A DNA stretch of 22,832 nucleotides from positions 1 through 22,832 of the forward strand of contig CBDDUX010000064.1 of NCBI GenBank assembly GCA_965234725.1, read 5' to 3'. This document shows, piece after piece, positions 16,485-22,832 of this stretch. How positions within the stretch are numbered: position 1 is the first letter of the stretch; each line of letters opens with the position of its first letter. Below the pieces are notes generated by a model. The model saw only the letters and a program-made list of their open reading frames with translations. It ran no database searches and was not told where the DNA came from. The DNA comes from Thermoplasmatota archaeon (GTDB taxonomy: Archaea; Thermoplasmatota; Penumbrarchaeia; Penumbrarchaeales; Penumbrarchaeaceae). A program made the translations under genes and the position numbers.

Positions 16485-17716
16485 TAGAACATCTCTCTGA
16501 TGATGGAATGATATTAGAAACAGGGTGGTCACTATGAATCGGATTGGGAAATTTACTTTGATATTCTTGTGAATGTGATACTTGATCATTTCCAATATCA
16601 TCATTACCGATATAACCTATCCCTCCATTATTCAAGATAACATTCACCAATTCATCCAATCGTTCCCTCCAGTTTTTTTTGAGATATCCAAGGGTTTCGA
16701 TAACTGTCAGGTATCTTTTTAAAATGAGAAGGACTGCCTTTTGTTCTGGAAGGAAAGCTGTCATCCCGGAACAGAGCATTAGGATCATTTCACAATCGAC
16801 GATGAAGCCACAATCCTTTTGAAGACACTCCGGAAGGAATTTAAAAATCATTTCCCTGTATTTTTCGCAATTGGATTTATGAGAAGAAAGAGAAAGATTT
16901 GGGAGTTCTTGTAATTTCTGGAGTATCTTTTCCCCTTTCTCTCTCTCCTTTTCATCAATATTGACATTGGAGAAATCACAAACTATTGACCTTCTCATAT
17001 GCTGTGGTTCAAACTTGATCCTCTCCCCGATTCCTTCCTCAACCTTTGGATTGTATATCAATATCGGGACCGGTTCAATTTTCATCGCTTTATCTTCAAC
17101 TGTGATATATTTCTCACCCTGAATATAGACCAGGTTGTTCTTCCGGATATTCTTATTTGCCTCATGATACTCATCGAAGCATACTAACGAAGAGGTAAGT
17201 ATCTCGCTCTTCCATACCAAATTTCCTTGAGGTCCTTTCCGAAATAATGTGGAGTTCCCTCTTTCAACCATCGTCTTATGGATATGTTTCAATGGGTCCA
17301 ATCCAAGAATGTGACAGCATCCTTCAACGGTCCATGTCTTTCCTAAAGAAGGTCGGTCCGAAGAGAACGAAGGTCGGGTGGTGTTTTTTCGATATTTCAT
17401 CTTTTCGAGCGATCATAGCCGGTAGAAAAAGTTCGATCAGGCTACGTTGTAATTCATTGGTTATGTATTTCAAATGTGGAATCTTTTGCTCTAACAAGTT
17501 CCAATTGATTCCGGCCTCATCTTCTTTCATGGCTAATTGTCCTTTAGAAGTGGTCCGATATTCATGGTTATTTTTATCCAGGTATCCATTATCGACAAGT
17601 GAAGATACCCTTCTGTGGATACTAGTCCTCGGGGCCTTATCATATAGTGGTTTCATCGGTGCAAATCCATCAGAACAATACTTCAGTATTAACATCTCTA
17701 CATCATCCAATGTCAT
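16447..17716 (-). pseudogene. Frameshifted wHTH + AAA+ P-loop ATPase (mobile-element replication-type protein)
   Basis: ORF 17324-17716 (wHTH, then TFVLFGPT) joins ORF 16447-17400 (SLGKTW) when one base at ~17350 is removed, restoring Walker A GPTSLGKT. Walker B LVCFDE and an RRS arginine-finger-like motif are present. AAGGTGA RBS. The C-terminus runs into the convergent gene. Confidence 0.75.
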
Positions 17717-17729
17717 CTCTTTTCACCTT

Positions 17730-17825
17730 CGGGAATGGTAATAGAATAAGTGGGAAAACGTGGGAATCAATGGGAATATAACGGGAAATACGTGGGAAAA
17801 ACAGTGGGAATATGGGAATGGGAAT
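17730..17825. repeat. Iteron-like array of nine (T/C)GGGAA hexamers
   Basis: Copies start at 17730, 17751, 17761, 17771, 17782, 17793, 17805, 17813 and 17819; spacing is mostly 10-12 bp. Confidence 0.75.
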
Positions 17826-17859
17826 GGCTTCTAAGTTCAGGACCGGATAAATTTTATAG

Positions 17860-17996
17860 TGGGGTATCAGCTTAAGCCCAAAAAATAATATCTAAATATC
17901 ATTGTATATCAAAATTTATATTGTTATTATATTCTTTTTTGAAATCAGTTATGTTTTAAGATTTTATGTGTCTATTGGAGTTAAGCTGATACCCCA
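17860..17996. repeat. Perfect 16-bp inverted repeat flanking an AT-rich 105-bp core (MITE or origin element)
   Basis: TGGGGTATCAGCTTAA 17860-17875 / TTAAGCTGATACCCCA 17981-17996; no TSD visible. Confidence 0.75.
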
Positions 17997-18149
17997 TTAA
18001 TTTTATTTTTATTTTGTGCAACACTCTGTTATAATAATAAAAAAAACAACAACTTCGTGACAGGCTCGATTTTTCAGAACATTTCTTTCATTTTTTATGT
18101 AAATATCATCAGCCAGATATTTTCAACAATGATAATTTAAAAAGCAATA

Positions 18150-18157
18150 TTTATAAA
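18150..18157 (+). promoter_or_regulatory. Probable archaeal TATA box for the giant repeat-protein gene
   Basis: TTTATAAA preceded by an A-rich stretch, about 40 nt upstream of ATG 18197; GGAGTGA RBS at 18186-18192. Confidence 0.45.
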
Positions 18158-18196
18158 GTATAAGGTTGTGGTTTATTTGATCATTGGAGTGATTAA

Positions 18197-21100
18197 ATGA
18201 AGAGAAGGATAAGCATTGCAGTTATAGTACTGTTAATAACATGTACTTTGGGGTTTGCACTGAACCACCTTCCGGGTGTTTTGGGGGCGGCCCCCGTGAT
18301 AATCACGGCCGACCAGACCTCGGTCGCAGAGGACAGTTCCTATTCGGTCGATTATGATGCCAGTGATTCCGATATGGATGAACTGACCTGGAACTTGAAT
18401 ACGGATGCATCGTTTTTAAGCATAAACAGCACCAACGGCTGGCTGAATGGAACACCCGCGAACGATGATGTCGGCACCTACTGGGTAAACGTGACCGTTT
18501 CGGACGGATCGGATGTCGATTGGTCCAACTTCACCCTCGTGGTAACAAACGTCAATGACGATCCTGTCATTTCCACCACACCTGAAACGATCGCAAAGAC
18601 CGGAGTCCTCTATTCAGAGGACTTCGAGGCCTCGGATGTAGACCCCACATCGGACACCCTCACCTGGGCTCTCCACACTAATGCCAGCTTTCTGAGTATC
18701 GTTGCGGGAACAGGGGTTGTATCCGGTACTCCTGCTGTGGCAGATGTCGGCGACTTGTTCGTCAACGTTTCTGTTAGCGATGGAAATGTCGGAACTGACT
18801 GGGTTAACTACACCCTGAGCGTTTCAGTCAACAGTGATCCTGTGATCTCCACCGCCGATCCTGTCAAGGACTGGAAGGCCGGGTCCCTCTATTCGGAGGA
18901 CTTTGATGCAACCGATGCCGACACCATGGATTCGCTTACCTGGTCACTTCACACAAATGCAAGCTTCCTAAGTATCAGTTCAACGACCGGGGTCGTTTCC
19001 GGAACGGCATCGGATTCCCAGACCGGACTTTTCTTCGTGAACGTTACAGTCGAGGATGCCTACGATGGAGAGGATTGGCTGAACTACACGTTGAACATGA
19101 CTATCAACCACCATCCGGTTATCACCACAACGACACCTCACGGGACCGCAACCGAGGAGGTCCCCTACTACTTTGATTTCAATGCAACCGACAGCGATAC
19201 CGAGGATACCCTCTCATGGTCCTTGACCACCAATACAACCTTCCTGAGCATCAACTCCACAACGGGTAATGTTTCCGGAACCCCCGGGAACTCCGATGTG
19301 GGAGACTGGTTCTTCGTGAACGTTTCCGTGAGCGACGGGTTCAACGGAACAGCATGGATCAATTACACCCTGAACATATCCAATGTCAACGACGAACCGG
19401 TGATCACAACGATCCCCGGTGTTTATGCAAAGGTAGGCGTCCAATATTCTGAGGATTTCGATGCAACGGATGTAGATCCCGGTCCTGACACTTTAACCTG
19501 GGAGTTGAAGACCAATTCAAGTTTCCTGAGCATCGTTGCATCCACCGGAGTTTTATCGGGAAAACCGACAGGATCCGATACGGACATGTGGTATGCCAAC
19601 GTATCAGTTGGTGACGGCAACGGCGGCTCGGACTGGTACAATTATACTGTCTATGTGTCAATAAACAATGATCCCGAGATCACAACCACGACCCCGCTAA
19701 AATACGGGAAAGCCGGATTCCTCTATTCGGAGGATTTCGATGCAACGGATGATGACACCATGGATTCTCATTCATGGTCCCTTTATACCAATTCAAGCTT
19801 CCTTGATATCAACACTACAACCGGTGTTGTGTTGGGAATCCCTCTTTTAAGCGAGGTGGGAATATATTTCGTCAATGTTACAGTTGAAGACAACTACGAA
19901 GGTGTAGATTGGCTGAACTACACAATCGATGTGTCCATCAACACCTTCCCCGATATCACAACTACAACACCTACACTTGTCGGAACGGAGGATATGGCTT
20001 ACTCATTCGATTTCGACGCATCCGAAAGCGATACTGGAGACACCCTGATGTGGGCGATCCATACGGATTCCTCTTTCCTATCCATCAACTCCACAACCGG
20101 TGTAGTATCCGGGACACCATTGAATGACGATGTTGGAATGTGGTTCGTGAACGTATCCGTGAGTGACGGATTCAACGGAACCGATTGGATCAATTACACC
20201 CTTGTAATTGGAAATTCCAACGACGATCCTGTTATAACAACGGCTCCCGCAATGTTTGCCAAGGTGGGATATGCATATTCTGAGGATTTCGATGCTACTG
20301 ATGTCGATCCAACAATGGATACTTTAACATGGACTCTGCATACGAATACAAGCTTCCTCTCGATAGTTGGAGATACCGGTGTAGTATCCGGAACCCCGAT
20401 TGCCACCGATGTGGGTCACTGGTTCGTCAATGTTTCAGTGGGAGACGGAAACGGTGGAACCGATTGGATCAACTATACCATCAACGTATCGGTGAACGAG
20501 GATCCTGTTATCACATCAACCAATCCTGCACTCAGAGGAAAGGTGGATGTTGGGTACATGGAGGATTTCGATGCAACCGATGTTGATCCCTATGATACAC
20601 ACACATGGGCATTGCATACCAATTCGAGCTTCCTTTCTATCAATCCCACAACCGGCATAGTGTCCGGGATACCTACAAGTTCGGATACTGGACTCTGGTT
20701 CGTGAATGTAAGCGTGGACGATGGCTTTGATGGCGTGGACTGGATCAATTACACGGTCAATATCACAGTCAACGACATCCCCGAGATCACAACAACACCG
20801 GTCCTTACCGGAAACGAGGATGAGCTCTATTCCGTTGATTTCGATGCAACGGATGAGGACACGATCGACACCCTTGTCTGGTCTCTTGAGACCGATGCAG
20901 GATTCCTGTCGATAGAAACCTCCACGGGAGTTGTATCAGGGACGCCTTTGATGGTCGATATCGGTGAATATTATGTCAACGTATCAGTTGACGACGGATT
21001 CGATGGCGTGGACTGGATCAACTTCACACTGAACATTTCTGCGGTGAACGACGATCCTGTGATCACCACGACATCTCCTTCCGGGACAGGGACCGAGGAC

Positions 21101-22832
21101 GTACTCTACTTCGTGGACTTCGATGCAACGGATGAGGAATCCACCAATTTCACCTGGTCTGTCAACACCAACGCCATGTTCCTATCAATTGATCCCACCA
21201 CCGGCATTCTCTCCGGAACGCCTGGGGATGCCAATGTCGGTGCATGGTTCGTGAACGTGACAGTTACCGACTGGGAAGGTGGATACTCCTGGATCAACTT
21301 TACATTGGATATAACCAACGTCAACGACGATCCTGTGATCACCACAACACCTTCGGAGACTGCAACCGAGGATATCCTCTATTCGGAGGCATTCACTGCA
21401 ACCGATGACGATCCCACAATGGATACGCTTGTATGGACCATGAACACGGACGCCTCCTTCCTGAACTTCGTTCCCGCAACCGGAGTACTCTCAGGGACAC
21501 CCTCGGATGCGGATGTCGGAACCTGGTTCGTCAACGTTTCCGTAACCGACGGGAATGGTGGAATGGACTGGATCAATTACACTCTGAGGGTTGTAAACGT
21601 CAATGATGCTCCTGTAATCACAACAAACCCGGTAACCTACGCCACCGAGGATGAATTGTACAGTGAGGATTTCGATTTCACAGATGATGATCCTCCCGGT
21701 TCAGGTGATGTTTATACATGGTCGATGACATCCAATCCCACAGCAAACTGGCTTTCCATTGATTCCAGAACCGGTGTACTGTCCGGAACCCCGAGAAATC
21801 CCGAAGCTCTTATTGTCTTCTTCGACATCAATATCACAATAAGAGACGGAAACGGTGGATCGGATTCTCTTGAATACCAGCTAGTAGTGGATAACACCAA
21901 TGACGACCCCATTATCGATAATCCCATCTCGGGAGTATACTCCTGGGACGAGGACATTTATGACGAGATCGACTTCGAGGCAACTGATATGGATCCCACC
22001 AACGATGATCTGAGATGGAGGGTCACTCCAGATACTTTCTGGTTCACTATAGATGCCTTCACCGGTGTCCTCTCCGGAATCCCCGGAAACGATGATGTCG
22101 GAGACTGGGAAGTGAACGTGACCGTTTCCGACGGTAACCAGGGATTCGACACCAATATTTTCACCATCACGGTAGAAAATGTTAACGATGATCCTGTGAT
22201 CGATCCTGTGATGATAGATGATCTTACCGAGGACCAGCCTTTTTGGCAGATGATCATGGGAACTGATATCGATCCCACGGACGATGTCCTAACATGGTCT
22301 ATCATGACAGATACATCGTTCCTATTCATCAATGAGGATACCGGTAATCTCTCCGGGACACCCTTAAACGATGATGTGGGGATCTGGTGGATCAATATAT
22401 CGGTCACGGATGGAATGGGAGGTTCTACTTACCAGAACTTGTCATTTACCGTTGTCAATGTGAACGACCCACCCGTGATCCAGACACAGTCAATCCCGGA
22501 TGCAGAGGAGGATACACTCTACTTCATCCTGCTTGATGCCAGCGATATAGATCCCACCATGGATGCCATCACCTGGTCGATCACTGACACAAACGCTGAT
22601 TTCATCCACATGGATGCGACCACCGGGAACCTCAGCTTCACACCGACCAATGAGGACATCGGTGATTTCTGGGTGATAGTCAAAGCCTCCGATCCTTACC
22701 TTGGCTTCAGTGAGGTGAACCTCACTTTCTCGGTTATCAACGTCAACGACGATCCGGTGATCATCACCGACATGCTACCTGACGCAACAGAGGACGAGGA
22801 ATACTGGTTCATTCTAAACGGCTCCGATATGG
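18197..22832 (+). CDS. Giant secreted cadherin-like / putative-Ig repeat surface protein (partial, >1545 aa)
   Basis: Signal peptide MKRRISIAVIVLLITCTLGFAL, then 16 complete and one partial ~92-aa repeats (NDDPVITT...EDxxYxxDFDAxDxD..DTLTWSL.T.ASFLSI...TGxxSGTP...DVG.WFVNVxVxDG..G.DWINYTL.V.NV). Repeat starts stay in one frame to the window end; no stop was found, which explains its absence from the track. Confidence 0.92.
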   Translation, partial: MKRRISIAVIVLLITCTLGFALNHLPGVLGAAPVIITADQTSVAEDSSYSVDYDASDSDMDELTWNLNTDASFLSINSTNGWLNGTPANDDVGTYWVNVTVSDGSDVDWSNFTLVVTNVNDDPVISTTPETIAKTGVLYSEDFEASDVDPTSDTLTWALHTNASFLSIVAGTGVVSGTPAVADVGDLFVNVSVSDGNVGTDWVNYTLSVSVNSDPVISTADPVKDWKAGSLYSEDFDATDADTMDSLTWSLHTNASFLSISSTTGVVSGTASDSQTGLFFVNVTVEDAYDGEDWLNYTLNMTINHHPVITTTTPHGTATEEVPYYFDFNATDSDTEDTLSWSLTTNTTFLSINSTTGNVSGTPGNSDVGDWFFVNVSVSDGFNGTAWINYTLNISNVNDEPVITTIPGVYAKVGVQYSEDFDATDVDPGPDTLTWELKTNSSFLSIVASTGVLSGKPTGSDTDMWYANVSVGDGNGGSDWYNYTVYVSINNDPEITTTTPLKYGKAGFLYSEDFDATDDDTMDSHSWSLYTNSSFLDINTTTGVVLGIPLLSEVGIYFVNVTVEDNYEGVDWLNYTIDVSINTFPDITTTTPTLVGTEDMAYSFDFDASESDTGDTLMWAIHTDSSFLSINSTTGVVSGTPLNDDVGMWFVNVSVSDGFNGTDWINYTLVIGNSNDDPVITTAPAMFAKVGYAYSEDFDATDVDPTMDTLTWTLHTNTSFLSIVGDTGVVSGTPIATDVGHWFVNVSVGDGNGGTDWINYTINVSVNEDPVITSTNPALRGKVDVGYMEDFDATDVDPYDTHTWALHTNSSFLSINPTTGIVSGIPTSSDTGLWFVNVSVDDGFDGVDWINYTVNITVNDIPEITTTPVLTGNEDELYSVDFDATDEDTIDTLVWSLETDAGFLSIETSTGVVSGTPLMVDIGEYYVNVSVDDGFDGVDWINFTLNISAVNDDPVITTTSPSGTGTEDVLYFVDFDATDEESTNFTWSVNTNAMFLSIDPTTGILSGTPGDANVGAWFVNVTVTDWEGGYSWINFTLDITNVNDDPVITTTPSETATEDILYSEAFTATDDDPTMDTLVWTMNTDASFLNFVPATGVLSGTPSDADVGTWFVNVSVTDGNGGMDWINYTLRVVNVNDAPVITTNPVTYATEDELYSEDFDFTDDDPPGSGDVYTWSMTSNPTANWLSIDSRTGVLSGTPRNPEALIVFFDINITIRDGNGGSDSLEYQLVVDNTNDDPIIDNPISGVYSWDEDIYDEIDFEATDMDPTNDDLRWRVTPDTFWFTIDAFTGVLSGIPGNDDVGDWEVNVTVSDGNQGFDTNIFTITVENVNDDPVIDPVMIDDLTEDQPFWQMIMGTDIDPTDDVLTWSIMTDTSFLFINEDTGNLSGTPLNDDVGIWWINISVTDGMGGSTYQNLSFTVVNVNDPPVIQTQSIPDAEEDTLYFILLDASDIDPTMDAITWSITDTNADFIHMDATTGNLSFTPTNEDIGDFWVIVKASDPYLGFSEVNLTFSVINVNDDPVIITDMLPDATEDEEYWFILNGSDM

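Noticed and set aside
17730..17825. Possible CRISPR array
   Set aside because: Repeats are only 6 bp with spacers of 0-15 bp, and no cas genes are present.
19168..22407. Track ORFs of 64-149 aa in the last 4 kb
   Set aside because: All are antisense or off-frame shadows of the single giant repeat CDS starting at 18197.

Overview
The window looks archaeal, most likely Thermoplasmatota-like. This is inferred from GGTGA/GGAGG ribosome-binding sites, TATA-type promoters, a membrane-anchored double winged-helix regulator and very large, sequon-rich surface proteins. From left to right it holds: (1) an IS256/ISH6-like insertion sequence with a strongly structured leader; (2) an AT-rich integrated-element remnant (~2040-7810) carrying a TIR-domain gene and an OLD-family ATPase-TOPRIM nuclease (candidate two-gene defence system), a short tyrosine recombinase, and an unusual minus-strand chain of overlapping ORFs that lies codon-for-codon antisense to small plus-strand genes and gene relics; (3) an IS110 pseudogene fragment at the element's truncated end; (4) a ~1410-aa beta-propeller/Ig-like surface protein; (5) an IS4/IS5-type DDE element abutting a MITE; (6) a transmembrane winged-helix regulator; (7) a frameshifted wHTH-AAA+ ATPase preceded by phased GGGAA repeats and a 16-bp inverted repeat around an AT-rich core (possible replicon relic); and (8) a >1545-codon cadherin/Ig-repeat surface protein that runs off the window end and is absent from the supplied ORF track. 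All family calls come from reading motifs by eye; no database searches were run.
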